A DNA stretch of 49,919 nt, from the NCBI GenBank assembly GCA_963807635.1, contig CAWEDJ010000026.1:1-49919 (forward strand), in the 5' to 3' direction. Positions 29,341 through 40,212 of the stretch are shown in pieces. This DNA comes from an uncultured cyanobacterium. Its GTDB lineage: Bacteria; Cyanobacteriota; Cyanobacteriia; Cyanobacteriales; Microcystaceae. Made by a program: the position numbers and the translations under genes. Position 1 is the first letter of the stretch. The number at the start of each line of letters is the position of its first letter. Under the pieces are notes generated by a model that searched no databases, was not told where the DNA came from, and saw only the letters and a list, made by a program, of their open reading frames with translations.

Positions 29341-29751
29341 TTACAGAAGATTTTTAAATAATTGATTATTATTCCATCGGTAAATATTAAAATCTCGGCG
29401 ATCGCTAGTTAAAATTCGCCCGTGTCCCAATTGTTCAGCTAAAACAACCAGAGAAGCATCAGCAAAATCCATTGGGAGATCACAGTAACGTTCCATCAGT
29501 TCAATCATCCGCAGGATATCGTTGTTCTGAAAATCGAATACTTTAAACGCCTTCTTCGTGATCGACTTTAGAAAATTAATTTGAGAATGATGACCGAGAC
29601 GATTATAGAGTAAATAACAGGTTTCAGTCACGACGGGGTAGGTTGTGATTAAAGGCTCTGAAATACTGGAAAATGAGGCTCGTGCTGATGCATGATATTC
29701 ATCATTTTTATTAAAAAGACCAATAAAAGCTCCTGTATCCACCATTATCAT
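29341..29751 (-). CDS. vapC: VapC-type PIN-domain toxin
   Basis: VDTG, VVTE, MDFADA and TSDRRDF acidic PIN residues. Confidence 0.9.
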   Translation of the reverse strand: MIMVDTGAFIGLFNKNDEYHASARASFSSISEPLITTYPVVTETCYLLYNRLGHHSQINFLKSITKKAFKVFDFQNNDILRMIELMERYCDLPMDFADASLVVLAEQLGHGRILTSDRRDFNIYRWNNNQLFKNLL

Positions 29752-30038
29752 AGTGAATTTTGTTCTCCTTTTTTATTCAAATAACCTAAGACAACAGTTT
29801 TATAATTTGAGGAGAAATTAGGCTCTGCATTGATACAGCCGACTAAACCAAGCTCTTCAAAAATTTGTAACGGACTTTGAGGCTGGAGTTGTTGGTAATG
29901 TTCATCAATTAAAGCCGAAATATTACGGCTAACAAGTTCTGATAAATCGAAATTTGTTTGTTGTTGAATATATTGCAGTTTGCGGATTTGTTCATCTTCA
30001 AGGTTAAGACTGATATTAATCATCGTGATACTTTCCAT
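29748..30038 (-). CDS. Putative antitoxin
   Basis: Small ORF upstream of vapC with a 4-nt overlap. Confidence 0.75.
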   Translation of the reverse strand: MESITMINISLNLEDEQIRKLQYIQQQTNFDLSELVSRNISALIDEHYQQLQPQSPLQIFEELGLVGCINAEPNFSSNYKTVVLGYLNKKGEQNSL

Positions 30039-30113
30039 TGAGTTTGATGTTTCGCTTTTATTTTAGCGATTCCTAGAGCAAAATTTCAGCGATCGCTGAT
30101 CCAATCCTTAACA

Positions 30114-30169
30114 ACAAAATCATAACGCTAATGGGCTGATTGCAAAACTCGATAGGACGCGATCGCGCT
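30114..30169 (+). repeat. Right copy of the direct repeat, with a perfect HIP1 near its 3' end
   Basis: ACAAAATC..AACGC.AAT.GGCTGATTGCAAA...GATA.GACGCGATCG.GCT. Confidence 0.8.
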
Positions 30170-30233
30170 TCCCATTTTAGCTAATTCTCCATTTCTGTGA
30201 TTAATAACGCCTCAGCTACTAAGATAATAAGAA

Positions 30234-31181
30234 ATGAAAGGTTTCATGGGGTCGCGAGTGGAATTAAAACAAGTCATTATTGCCCATAAAGCGGGACACG
30301 CCCAAAGTAAAGCCTGGGCAGAAAAATGTGCCAAACAGTTGGAAGCTCGCAATTGTAAAGTCTTGATGGGGCCGAGTGGCTTTAAGGATAATCCCTACCC
30401 CGTCTTTTTAGCGTCAATTACTCAAAAAATTGATTTAGCCATTGTTTTGGGCGGAGATGGAACGGTTCTGGCCGCCGCTCGCCATCTTTCTCCCGAAGGT
30501 ATCCCCATTTTGGCGGTGAATGTGGGGGGACATTTGGGCTTTTTGACTGAGAACTTTGAATCGTTTCAGGATACAGAACAAGTTTGGGAACGGTTATTCG
30601 GCGATCGCTATGCAGTCTCCCAACGAATGATGTTAGAGGCGGCTATTTTTGAAGGTCGTCGAGAAGATCGGCAATGTGTCAGCGATCGCTTTGTTTGCCT
30701 GAACGAATTTTGCGTTAAACCCGCCAGTATTGACCGAATGCCAACGACCTTTGTAGAAATCGAAGTCGATGGAGAAATTGTTGATCAGTATCAAGGAGAT
30801 GGTTTACTGGTTGCCACACCAACGGGTTCAACGTGTTACACCGCTTCTGCCAATGGCCCCATTCTTCACCCTGGGATGGATGCGATTATTGTCACCCCCA
30901 TTTGTCCCCTGAGTTTATCCAGCCGTCCGATCGTCATTCCCTGCGGCTCTATGGTCAATATCTGGCCCTTGGGAGATTATGAATTAAATACCAAACTGTG
31001 GACAGATGGCTCGTTAGCAACTTCTATTTGGCCGAATCAATGGGTGGGAGTCCGTCGGGCAGAGTGTACGGCTAAATTTATTTTGCTCAGGGAAAATTAT
31101 TCGTTTTATCAAACCCTACGGGATAAATTGCAATGGGCGGGGGCGAGAATCCATTACGACAATAATCATCGCAGTAATTAA
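30234..31181 (+). CDS. nadK: NAD kinase
   Basis: GGDGT, GHLGFL, LNE and DGLLVATPTGSTCY motifs. Confidence 0.95.
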   Translation: MKGFMGSRVELKQVIIAHKAGHAQSKAWAEKCAKQLEARNCKVLMGPSGFKDNPYPVFLASITQKIDLAIVLGGDGTVLAAARHLSPEGIPILAVNVGGHLGFLTENFESFQDTEQVWERLFGDRYAVSQRMMLEAAIFEGRREDRQCVSDRFVCLNEFCVKPASIDRMPTTFVEIEVDGEIVDQYQGDGLLVATPTGSTCYTASANGPILHPGMDAIIVTPICPLSLSSRPIVIPCGSMVNIWPLGDYELNTKLWTDGSLATSIWPNQWVGVRRAECTAKFILLRENYSFYQTLRDKLQWAGARIHYDNNHRSN

Positions 31182-31230
31182 CATTTTTGCGAAATTAGGT
31201 GTTTTTGGCGTAGATTTTTGGGCGTAAGCC

Positions 31231-32843
31231 TTAGGTCCCTACGGTTGATTGCAGAATATTCAACGCGATCGCCTCGGCCACTTTAATACCATCAACTCCC
31301 GCCGATAAAATTCCCCCAGCATAGCCCGCTCCTTCTCCTGCTGGATATAATCCTTTGGTATTAATACTCTGGAAATCGTCGCCCCGTTTGATGCGTATGG
31401 GTGAAGAAGTGCGGGTTTCGACTCCCGTTAAGAGGGCATCATCACTAGCAAATCCTTTAATTTGTCTCTCAAAGGCGGGAATTGCTTCCTGGATAGCCGC
31501 GATCGCGTAATCGGGTAAACTATGAGTCAAATCCGTTAAATGAACCCCAGGGGTATAGGAAGGCTGGACTTTTCCTAAGGCACTAGAAGGTTGATTTGCC
31601 AAAAAATCCCCCACCAATTGCCCTGGAGCCTCATAATTTCTGCCGCCCAATTCAAACGCCCCTTCTTCTAAACGCCGTTGTAACGCAATCCCTGCCAACG
31701 GGCCATCGGGATAATCTGCTGGCGTGATGCCCACCACGATCGCGCTATTGGCATTTAATTCATCACGGGAATATTGACTCATGCCGTTGGTGACAACTCT
31801 GCCAGGTTCCGAGGCTGCCGCTACCACCATGCCCCCTGGACACATACAAAAACTATAAACCGACCGACCATTTTGGCAATGATGCACTAATTTATAATCT
31901 GCCGCTCCTAATTTGGGATGACCTGCCTGAACACCAAACCGAGCGCGATCAATGAGGGATTGGGGATGTTCGATACGAAATCCAATAGAAAAAGGTTTTG
32001 GTTCAATATAAACACCGCGATCATAAAGCATTTGAAAGGTATCTCTCGCACTGTGGCCCACCGCCAAGACGACATGATGGGTCGGGATAAATTCTCCATT
32101 GGCTAGAGTTACGCCCTGGACCTGATTTTGTTCAATGACAATATCCTCCACGCGGGTTTGAAATCTGATCTCACCGCCCAGGGATTCAATTGTTGCTCGT
32201 AAATGTTCCACAATTTTGACCAGTCGATAGGTTCCAATGTGGGGACGATGGATATACAAAATTTCGGGATTCGCGCCCGCATTAACAAATTCAGTGAGAA
32301 CTTTGCGCCCATAGCGTTTGGCATCTTTGGTTTGACTATAGAGTTTTCCATCGGAAAAAGTCCCCGCCCCTCCTTCGCCAAACTGGGCATTGGATTCGGG
32401 ATTCAGGGCTTTTTTTCGCCAAAAACCAAAGGTATCAACGGTGCGATCGCGACAGATTTACCCCGTTCTAGGATAATGGGACGAAACCCCATTTGGGCCA
32501 ATAATAAACCCGCAAACATTCCACAGGGGCCAGTACCAATCACCACAGGTCTAGTGTCTAAATGACGGGGAGCTTGAGCCACATAATGATAACTAATGTC
32601 TGGTGTGGCTTGAATATGGGGATTTTTTTGCCAACGTTCTAAAAGCGCATCATCTTGCGTTGTTTCTACATCCAAAATATAGACAAAAACAATATCATTC
32701 TTTTTACGGGCATCATAACTCCGCTTAAAAATAGAATAACGAATCAATTCATCAGGGCTAATTTGTAATTTTTTCAGAATTGTCGACGTAATTTCAGATT
32801 CAGCATGATCGAGGGGAAGTTTAATTTCGGTTAGGCGCAACAT
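31231..32843 (-). CDS. NAD(P)/FAD-dependent oxidoreductase, frameshifted near 32451
   Basis: IGTGPCG, FGEGGAGTFSDGKL, SFCMCPGG and GEGAGYAGGI motifs; one frameshift joins the pieces. Confidence 0.88.
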
Positions 32844-32903
32844 ATAAAACGGTATTGAGAAAGAAGAAGTCAAAGAACGGGGCAAAATTTCGACGGAATT
32901 GCC

Positions 32904-33902
32904 TTAAATCCCCTTAAAATTATCGAGAGCCGCACGGGGATTAACACTACGATTAGCCTGAATTTTTTGATAACATTCCCGTTCAATTTCATTCAAAGTT
33001 TTGGGCGTATCAATCACTAATTTAACCAATTCATCACCCCTTCCTCCTTTAGGCAAAGCCCAGCCCTTACCCCGCAATCGTAGAGATTGACCCGATCGCA
33101 CCCCCGACGGCACTTTCATTGTCACCAGACCATCGGGAGTCGGCACATCAATGGATGCACCTAAAACGGCTTCATCAGGAGAAATCAGCACTTCACAAAT
33201 CAGATTGTCTCCTTCAAATTGGAAAAAAGGATGATTTTCTAGTTCAATATTGAGATAAAGATCGCCCCGTTGTTGGTTATAGGGATTGACCTGCCCCTTG
33301 CCCCGTAAACGAACCCGACTTCCTGCTTTTGCGCCGCCAGGAATACGAACATCTAACATTTCATTCCCTAAACCAATGCGTTTTTGTACTCCATGAAAGG
33401 CTTCAGCAAAGGTCAACTTAAGAGTAGCCTCGCGATCGCTTTGGGTCGTTTGAGTTCCCGCTCTTCCCCCCGCATCCCCAAAACCCCCGAAATCCCCGTA
33501 ACCAGGGCGTTGTCCCGTAGAAGTCCGAGTAGAATAACCGCCACTTGCCCCAGGCGTAGAAAAGCGACCTAATAATTCATTAATAAATTCGTCAAAATTT
33601 CCGTATTGGCTAAAATCAAAACCAAAATCCGTATTGACATTCCCTCCCGACCAATTGGATTGATCGGCTTGTTGCCAATATTGACCAAATTGATCATATT
33701 TTTGGCGTTTTTCGGGGTCAGACAGCACCTCGTAGGCTTCACTAATTCCCTTGAATTTTTCTTCAGCGACCTTATCCCCTGGGTTGCGATCGGGGTGATA
33801 CTTCAGAGCAAGTTTACGGAAGGTTTTCTTGATCTCATCTTCCGTTGCGGTTTTGCTCACGCCTAAAATGCCGTAATAATCTTTAAAATCAGTGGAAGCC
33901 AT
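32904..33902 (-). CDS. DnaJ class B / CbpA-like co-chaperone
   Basis: J domain with HPD, G/F region, C-terminal domain, no zinc finger. Confidence 0.93.
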   Translation of the reverse strand: MASTDFKDYYGILGVSKTATEDEIKKTFRKLALKYHPDRNPGDKVAEEKFKGISEAYEVLSDPEKRQKYDQFGQYWQQADQSNWSGGNVNTDFGFDFSQYGNFDEFINELLGRFSTPGASGGYSTRTSTGQRPGYGDFGGFGDAGGRAGTQTTQSDREATLKLTFAEAFHGVQKRIGLGNEMLDVRIPGGAKAGSRVRLRGKGQVNPYNQQRGDLYLNIELENHPFFQFEGDNLICEVLISPDEAVLGASIDVPTPDGLVTMKVPSGVRSGQSLRLRGKGWALPKGGRGDELVKLVIDTPKTLNEIERECYQKIQANRSVNPRAALDNFKGI

Positions 33903-34065
33903 GAGGGTAGATATCTCCTTGAATACTGCTTAAATTAACACATCGCTGAACGAACCAATTATTGATAGTCTAAGCTGAGTTTTTATCAAACTTCTAGCTA
34001 TCTCAAAGGAAAATCGGTTGATTCTCCTCAAAGAGTCGGTCTGCTTGATTCAGCATAACAACGAT

Positions 34066-34153
34066 CGCCTACAGGCAAGGGGCTTAAGCCCCTTGTTACA
34101 AGACCTTATAGTTTTCAGCAAAATCGAATTGAATCTAAATTCGTGACAGCTTA
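34066..34153 (-). mobile_element. Truncated inverted copy of the MITE-like element
   Basis: Reverse complement reads TAAGCTGTCACGAATTTAGATT...AACAAGGGGCTTAAGCCCCTTGCCTGTAGG and ends at CGATCG. Confidence 0.78.
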
Positions 34154-34789
34154 TTGAGGCTGAGGAGTGGTTACACCTCGAAAACGGTTATAGAAAGAAT
34201 TGGTCGGTGCATTAGTGGGAGTTTCTGAATCTGGGGGCAAAGAGTCTGCTGATGGCGGCGGATTATTGACGGGCGGGGTATTAGAGGGAGGGGAAGGATC
34301 GGGAGTAGGAGTGGTGGGATTCGTCGGCGCGGCGATCGCTGTTTGAGGGGTCGGAGCAACAGGAGCAACGGGAGCATCAAAACCCAATAAAAACTCACTA
34401 TCAGAAAAATAATTGATCAAAGGTTGGGGATTAGGATTATTCAGCCATTGTCGGCGGCTCATATTAACGGAAAGCACAGGGGCGATATTGCCATTATTTT
34501 GACCGATTACCACAATTCTGACTTCGTTTAAGGATGAATTCTTACTGAAATCATTTTTTAAGCGGGTTGTCACTAAGGTTGTTGCCCGTTGAACAAAATT
34601 AGGATAGGTTTCATCAGGCTCACGGGAAAGAGTCAGGGGAATTTGGGAAATTTGGGCGATCGCGACGGGAGAATCCACTAAAGCAACGGTGAACCATCCA
34701 GCGCAGCCCAAACTCAAACTGGCGAAACAGCTAAGGGAAAAGAATTTTGGGATAATCCAAGCTTGTCTAAGTTTTGTTTTCATCATCAA
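34151..34789 (-). CDS. Exported hypothetical protein with Pro/Thr-rich tail
   Basis: Signal-like N-terminus ending AIA|Q; low-complexity C-terminus. Confidence 0.75.
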   Translation of the reverse strand: MMMKTKLRQAWIIPKFFSLSCFASLSLGCAGWFTVALVDSPVAIAQISQIPLTLSREPDETYPNFVQRATTLVTTRLKNDFSKNSSLNEVRIVVIGQNNGNIAPVLSVNMSRRQWLNNPNPQPLINYFSDSEFLLGFDAPVAPVAPTPQTAIAAPTNPTTPTPDPSPPSNTPPVNNPPPSADSLPPDSETPTNAPTNSFYNRFRGVTTPQPQ

Positions 34790-35082
34790 AAATATAAAAA
34801 TAACGAGAAAAAAATAGGATATTTACACAGAATTAAGATTTTTAAAAGAAAACGGCGATCGCGCCATCAAAAATTCAATGCCTTCAGAGTAAGGGCAAGG
34901 AAAAAGAATCCTGAGAAAGAAACCCTTCCTAAAATTCTAGTCAAGAGGGGAATACATCCTTTATAATGAAGAGTCTGTGTCCTGACTAGATTGATGAACA
35001 TTACTCAATCTCTTACTGTATAGTAACAGGAGGCATTAACACCAAAAACGCGGAGATTAAGGGATTAGGACTTAAAACGTAC

Positions 35083-36096
35083 ATGATCAGTCAAAAAACA
35101 ACTACTTCAAAAAATATTGGTTTTACCCACGAGGACTTTGCAGCACTTCTCGACAAATACGATTACCATTTTAGCCCAGGGGATATCGTAGCAGGAACCG
35201 TCTTTAGCATGGAATCTAGAGGCGCATTAATTGATATTGGTGCTAAAACAGCCGCCTATATCCCCATTCAAGAAATGTCTATCAATCGGGTGGATGATCC
35301 CGATGAGGTTCTTCAACCGAACGAAACTCGTGAATTTTTTATTCTGACTGACGAGAATGAAGATGGTCAGCTAACCCTTTCTATCCGTCGCATTGAATAT
35401 ATGCGGGCTTGGGAACGGGTACGTCAACTTCAGGCAGAGGATGCTACCGTCCGTTCTAATGTTTTTGCGACCAATCGTGGTGGTGCTTTAGTCCGTATCG
35501 AAGGATTACGCGGCTTTATTCCTGGATCTCACATTAGTGCGCGGGAAGCCAAAGAAGATTTATTGGGAGAAGACCTACCCTTAAAATTTTTGGAAGTGGA
35601 TGAAGAAAGAAACCGTTTGGTTCTGAGCCATCGTCGTGCTTTAGTTGAGCGCAAGATGAACGGTTTAGAAGTGGGTCAGGTTGTCATTGGTTCTGTACGC
35701 GGTATCAAGCCCTATGGAGCCTTTATCGATATCGGGGGAGTTAGCGGATTACTCCACATCTCTGAAATTTCCCATGATCATATTGATACGCCCAGCAGTG
35801 TTTTTGAGGTGAATGATGAACTGAAGGTGATGATTATCGATCTCGATGCCGAAAGAGGTCGGATTTCCCTTTCTACCAAGCAGCTTGAACCCGAACCAGG
35901 GGCAATGCTTAAAGATCGGGAATCAGTTTATGCCCAAGCAGAGGCAATGGCTGAGAAATATCGTCTCAAGTTATTAGCTGCTGCCGAAGGTCGTACCCTT
36001 GAGCCAGAAGAGGTGGTTGATCTCTCTGATCTCGATATTCCCTCTGCCCTAGAAGATGGGGACGATGAAGAGGTGATCGCCGCTACAGAAGAATAA
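35083..36096 (+). CDS. rpsA: 30S ribosomal protein S1 (cyanobacterial three-domain type)
   Basis: Three S1 domains (GALIDIGAK, GLRGFIPGSH, YGAFIDIGGVSGLLHISEIS). Confidence 0.96.
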   Translation: MISQKTTTSKNIGFTHEDFAALLDKYDYHFSPGDIVAGTVFSMESRGALIDIGAKTAAYIPIQEMSINRVDDPDEVLQPNETREFFILTDENEDGQLTLSIRRIEYMRAWERVRQLQAEDATVRSNVFATNRGGALVRIEGLRGFIPGSHISAREAKEDLLGEDLPLKFLEVDEERNRLVLSHRRALVERKMNGLEVGQVVIGSVRGIKPYGAFIDIGGVSGLLHISEISHDHIDTPSSVFEVNDELKVMIIDLDAERGRISLSTKQLEPEPGAMLKDRESVYAQAEAMAEKYRLKLLAAAEGRTLEPEEVVDLSDLDIPSALEDGDDEEVIAATEE

Positions 36097-36121
36097 ACAG
36101 AATTTCCATGATTTTGTCTAG

Positions 36122-36145
36122 AAGAGGGTTAATCCCTCTTTTTTT
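36122..36145 (+). terminator. Rho-independent terminator of rpsA
   Basis: AAGAGGG-TTAAT-CCCTCTT followed by a T run. Confidence 0.8.
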
Positions 36146-36197
36146 GTAGCATTTTTTACGGACAATGTACAATTAAACAGAAAATATTGTATTAACT

Positions 36198-36248
36198 GAT
36201 CCCCCCGCCTTCGGCTTCCCCCCTTAATAAGGGGGGCTAGGGGGGATC
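36198..36248. repeat. Nested GC-rich palindromic repeat
   Basis: GATCCCCCC...CCCCCCTTAATAAGGGGGG...GGGGGGATC. Confidence 0.7.
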
Positions 36249-36466
36249 TCATGAATAGTTACATCTGCACTTTAATCAAATTAAATTGGTATAACTTTCA
36301 AATTAAGTCGGACAATGCGAAACCAGGGTTCGGTTCTAACGACTCACTAATATATTAAAATCTTGTTACAGTAGAACAAAGTAAAAAATTCATCAATAAA
36401 CTTGAAGACTATTGTTCTTTAAGTGGGCATTGTTAACATACCAGCATCATCGAGAGGAGGAAAACC

Positions 36467-36808
36467 ATGAACCCCGAATCCCAACGTCAACAAAGTTTAT
36501 TTGGCAGTGACCATGAAATCGGAGAAGGTCTTTGGAATTACGTCCAAACGCTGACTCCCGAAACGATCGCCCAATTATCTAAACCTGAATCCCAGGAAGT
36601 TTTTCAGGTGATGGAAAGAAATATTATCGGTTTGTTAGGGAATTTACCGTCCGAACATTTTGGTATCACCGTTAGCACCAGTCGGGAGCATTTGGGCCGA
36701 TTACTAGCCTCCGCCATGATGAGTGGTTATTTCCTCCGTAATGCGGAACAGAGAATGGGTTTTGAGCAGTCCTTCCACTCCCTTCAAGGTGTTAGTGACG
36801 CTGAATAA
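36467..36808 (+). CDS. DUF760-family protein
   Basis: GLLGNLP and LGRLLASAMMSGYFLRNAEQR motifs. Confidence 0.85.
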   Translation: MNPESQRQQSLFGSDHEIGEGLWNYVQTLTPETIAQLSKPESQEVFQVMERNIIGLLGNLPSEHFGITVSTSREHLGRLLASAMMSGYFLRNAEQRMGFEQSFHSLQGVSDAE

Positions 36809-37904
36809 TTTGACCGATCTTCAGGTTGAGCAATTACGGCGATCGCTGCTCCAATGGTATAACAAACAGGGGCGCGATTTGCCTTGGCGACGAACAATTG
36901 ATCCCTATGCCATCTGGGTTTCAGAGATCATGCTCCAGCAAACCCAGGTAAAAACTGTTATTCCCTACTACCAACGCTGGTTAATCCAGTTTCCCAACAT
37001 TTCCCAGGTCGCCCAAGCCGAGTTACAAACCGTTCTCAAAGCCTGGGAAGGTTTGGGTTATTACGCCAGAGGTCGCAATCTCCACAAAGCCGCCCAGGTC
37101 GTAACCCAGATTTATGGGGGCAAATTTCCCGACCAGTTAGAAAAAGTATTAGCCTTACCAGGTATCGGTCGCACAACGGCAGGGGGAATTTTGAGTGCGG
37201 CCTTTAATCAACCGATTTCGATTTTAGATGGCAACGTCAAGCGGGTTTTATCTCGTTTAATTGCTTTACCCGTTATTCCCACCGAAGCCTTGTTTGAACT
37301 TTGGGCATTATCCGATCGCCTACTTGATCCCGATCATCCGCGAGATTTCAATCAGGCATTAATGGATTTAGGGGCGACTATTTGCATCCGCTCTCGACCA
37401 AACTGTGTTGAATGTCCTTGGAATTTTGCCTGTGAAGCTTACAATAAGGGAATACAAAATCAATTACCGATACGCAAAATGTCTGTTTCCCTTCCCCATA
37501 AACGCATTGGTGTGGCTGTTATTTTCAACGATGAAGGTTTGATCCTGATTGATCGCCGCCCAGAGGGAGGATTATTGGGGGGGTTATGGGAATTTCCAGG
37601 GGGTAAAATCGAACCCAATGAAACTGTTGAAGAATGTGTTGAACGGGAAATTTTAGAAGAAATTGGCATTGCGATCGCGGTTGGTGAAAACTTAATGACC
37701 ATTGACCATGCCTACACCCATTTTCGGGTAACGCTTCATGTTCATCTTTGCCGTTATCTGAGTGGCACACCGCAAACTATTGAATGTGATGAAGTCCGTT
37801 GGGTAACACTAGATGCAATTGATCAGTATCCTTTTCCTAAAGCCAACAGCCAAATTATTACCGCGTTGAAAGAAAGAGATGGATTGAACAAGTCAGTCAA
37901 ATAA
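36795..37904 (+). CDS. mutY: A/G-specific adenine glycosylase with C-terminal Nudix (MutT-like) domain
   Basis: WVSEIMLQQTQ, LPGIGRTTA HhH, C-X6-C-X2-C-X5-C and WEFPGGK..E...RE..EE motifs; start codon uncertain. Confidence 0.93.
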   Translation: MTLNNLTDLQVEQLRRSLLQWYNKQGRDLPWRRTIDPYAIWVSEIMLQQTQVKTVIPYYQRWLIQFPNISQVAQAELQTVLKAWEGLGYYARGRNLHKAAQVVTQIYGGKFPDQLEKVLALPGIGRTTAGGILSAAFNQPISILDGNVKRVLSRLIALPVIPTEALFELWALSDRLLDPDHPRDFNQALMDLGATICIRSRPNCVECPWNFACEAYNKGIQNQLPIRKMSVSLPHKRIGVAVIFNDEGLILIDRRPEGGLLGGLWEFPGGKIEPNETVEECVEREILEEIGIAIAVGENLMTIDHAYTHFRVTLHVHLCRYLSGTPQTIECDEVRWVTLDAIDQYPFPKANSQIITALKERDGLNKSVK

Positions 37905-38118
37905 GTTAAAAAGTATTGACGCGATCGCGGTTTTACTCTACCCAAATCTAAACTCATAGAAAATGAATATGTAAACTTTTGTTTTATATGCCTTAACTTT
38001 CAAAAAAAGGTGTAAAATTCCTTATTGAATTTAATTTTTTAAAAGCCCATCCCAAATTGATTGGCTTTTATTTTAAAAGGCTTTTTAGACAGATTAAAGT
38101 AAAAAGAAAATCAAATTT

Positions 38119-39225
38119 ATGAATATATCCGTTATGCTCGATATTGGTATTGGTCTTGTAATTATCTATCTTGCAGGTTCAGTTTTAGTGTCTGCTATTC
38201 AAGAATTAATTGCTTCTCTTTTGCAATGGCGTTCCAAGCATTTAAAGGAATCTGTTTTGCAAATGATGTTAAATGCAACTTCCGAGGCGCAGACTAATTC
38301 CTCTGATTCTCAGATAGAAAAAGAGTTACAAACTGCTAAAAAACTTCGAGACGATATTTATAATAGTTCATTTGTTCAAAGTTTAAACCATACATCAATC
38401 AATTTCTCAGGAAAACAAGAAGAAATAACGGGGGAAAAATATAAAGAATTATTTACTCGAACCGATCCTAGTTATCTCTCTTCTGAAACCTTTGCAACAG
38501 CATTAATTCAACAGTTAAAAGAGGAGTTAAAAGGGATGTTAGACAATCCCCAAAATGCTAGTACTTCTGGTGCAATTAAAACAATAAAAAATAAAATTAA
38601 CGATTCTGATAAAATTCCGACATCCTTAAAAGAAACCCTTACGACGTTAGCAGATAGAGCGTCTTTAAAAGCCAGTGAAGCTGATAATAAGCTTTTAATG
38701 TTTCAAAAAGAAATTGAGACCTGGTTTGATCGGTCAATGGATCGAGCTTCTGGGGTGTATAAACGTAATACCCAATTGTTCTGTTTTTTTCTGGGTTTTG
38801 CGATCGCGATTATTTTCAATCTTGATTCCCTTTTCCTTGCCCAAAGACTTTCCCAGGATACGGCAATGCGGTCAGCCCTAGCGGGGGGAGCAGAAACTAT
38901 TGTCAGAGAATCTACAGCGCAAAATTCTCAAAGTTTCAATCCAGGTAAACTGCAAGAAAATATTAATAGCCTGTTAGGAAATTCGTCATTTATCGCACCT
39001 ATTACGGAAAATGCAGATAATTTAATGAGTTGTCCTGACAAAAAGCAAACGAGCGAAAATCCAACAAGTTGTGATCCCTTGGAGAAAACACTTAATCCCT
39101 GGAAGATTTTCCCGACTGTTGTGGGGTGGATTATTACCGCCCTAGCGATTTATATGGGCGCGCCGTTCTGGTTTGACATCCTCGGCAAATTAGTAAATGT
39201 ACGCTCAACAGGCAAAAAATCTTAG
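38119..39225 (+). CDS. Hypothetical membrane protein
   Basis: N-terminal TM, WFDRSMDRASGVYKR and GAPFWFDILGKLVNVR segments. Confidence 0.75.
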   Translation: MNISVMLDIGIGLVIIYLAGSVLVSAIQELIASLLQWRSKHLKESVLQMMLNATSEAQTNSSDSQIEKELQTAKKLRDDIYNSSFVQSLNHTSINFSGKQEEITGEKYKELFTRTDPSYLSSETFATALIQQLKEELKGMLDNPQNASTSGAIKTIKNKINDSDKIPTSLKETLTTLADRASLKASEADNKLLMFQKEIETWFDRSMDRASGVYKRNTQLFCFFLGFAIAIIFNLDSLFLAQRLSQDTAMRSALAGGAETIVRESTAQNSQSFNPGKLQENINSLLGNSSFIAPITENADNLMSCPDKKQTSENPTSCDPLEKTLNPWKIFPTVVGWIITALAIYMGAPFWFDILGKLVNVRSTGKKS

Positions 39226-39443
39226 AGCGCGACAGATCAACCTAAGCTTCTCGAATAACTTCAGGGAACTAGGATGGTATAATTAGAGACGTTAATATTT
39301 CTTAACCTTTTTTTGATTCTGGCTAATCCCAATCCTTAAAAATATTAAAGATTGTCGATTTTCCATCTGATTTGGCTAAATTTTGACTCTGTCCTTATCT
39401 TAATTTATTTGAAGAGTCGCAAACAAACTGATTAATCGTATTT

Positions 39444-40173
39444 ATGACTTCCTCCCTCCAGCAACAGCGAGCCATTATCACAGGAGCTAGTAGTGGTATC
39501 GGCAAAGCAATTGCTTTATCTTTTGCCCAGGCGGGCTGTAATCTTGTCTTAGTGGGCCGTTTCCCAGGAAAGGCTTGCTACCGTAGCCGATTTGGTGTCG
39601 GGGTTTGGCGTAGAAGCAACGGTTTATCCCCTAGATTTAAGTCAACTTTCCCAGGTGCAGTCCCATTTTCAGGCGATCGCGGAAAAATTCGGGCCGATTG
39701 ACCTATTGATCAATAATGCTGGCATGGGTTACACCAATTTGCTGCGGGACACCTCCCTAACAGATTGGCAACAGGTTCTAGACCTCAATCTGACGAGTGT
39801 TTTCCAAGCCACGATGGGAGTTTTGCCTTCCATGCGCGATCGCAAAAAAGGAACGATCATCAATATCGCCTCCATTGCCGCAAAAATGGCTTTTCCTGAA
39901 TGGGGAGCCTATTGTGTGAGCAAAGCCGCTCTTGTGACCTGGGCGAAGGTTGTCGCGATGGAAGAAAGAGCCAATGGCATTCGAGTGATGACCATTTCAC
40001 CTGGATCAGTAAATACCCCTATTTGGGATACCGCCACCGTTAAGGCAGATTTTGATCGGTCTTCGATGTTGACCCCAGAAATTGTCGCTCAAATGATTCT
40101 GCAAGCGGCCTTACTTCCTGCTCAAGCCGTTATCGACGAGATGACGATCATGCCCAGTGCGGGAACCCTATAA
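39444..40173 (+). CDS. Short-chain dehydrogenase/reductase, frameshifted near 39561
   Basis: TGASSGIG, LINNAG and YCVSK motifs. Confidence 0.88.
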
Positions 40174-40212
40174 GTTCCCATTTAACCTACCTCTAAATAC
40201 TCAATTCTTATT

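Noticed and set aside
32109..32390. Separate ORF or second frameshift in the FAD oxidoreductase
   Set aside because: Manual translation shows the frame of 31231..32259 is open up to about 32450, so one frameshift suffices.
37480..37904. MutY-Nudix fusion as novel
   Set aside because: A MutT-like C-terminal domain is normal for MutY.
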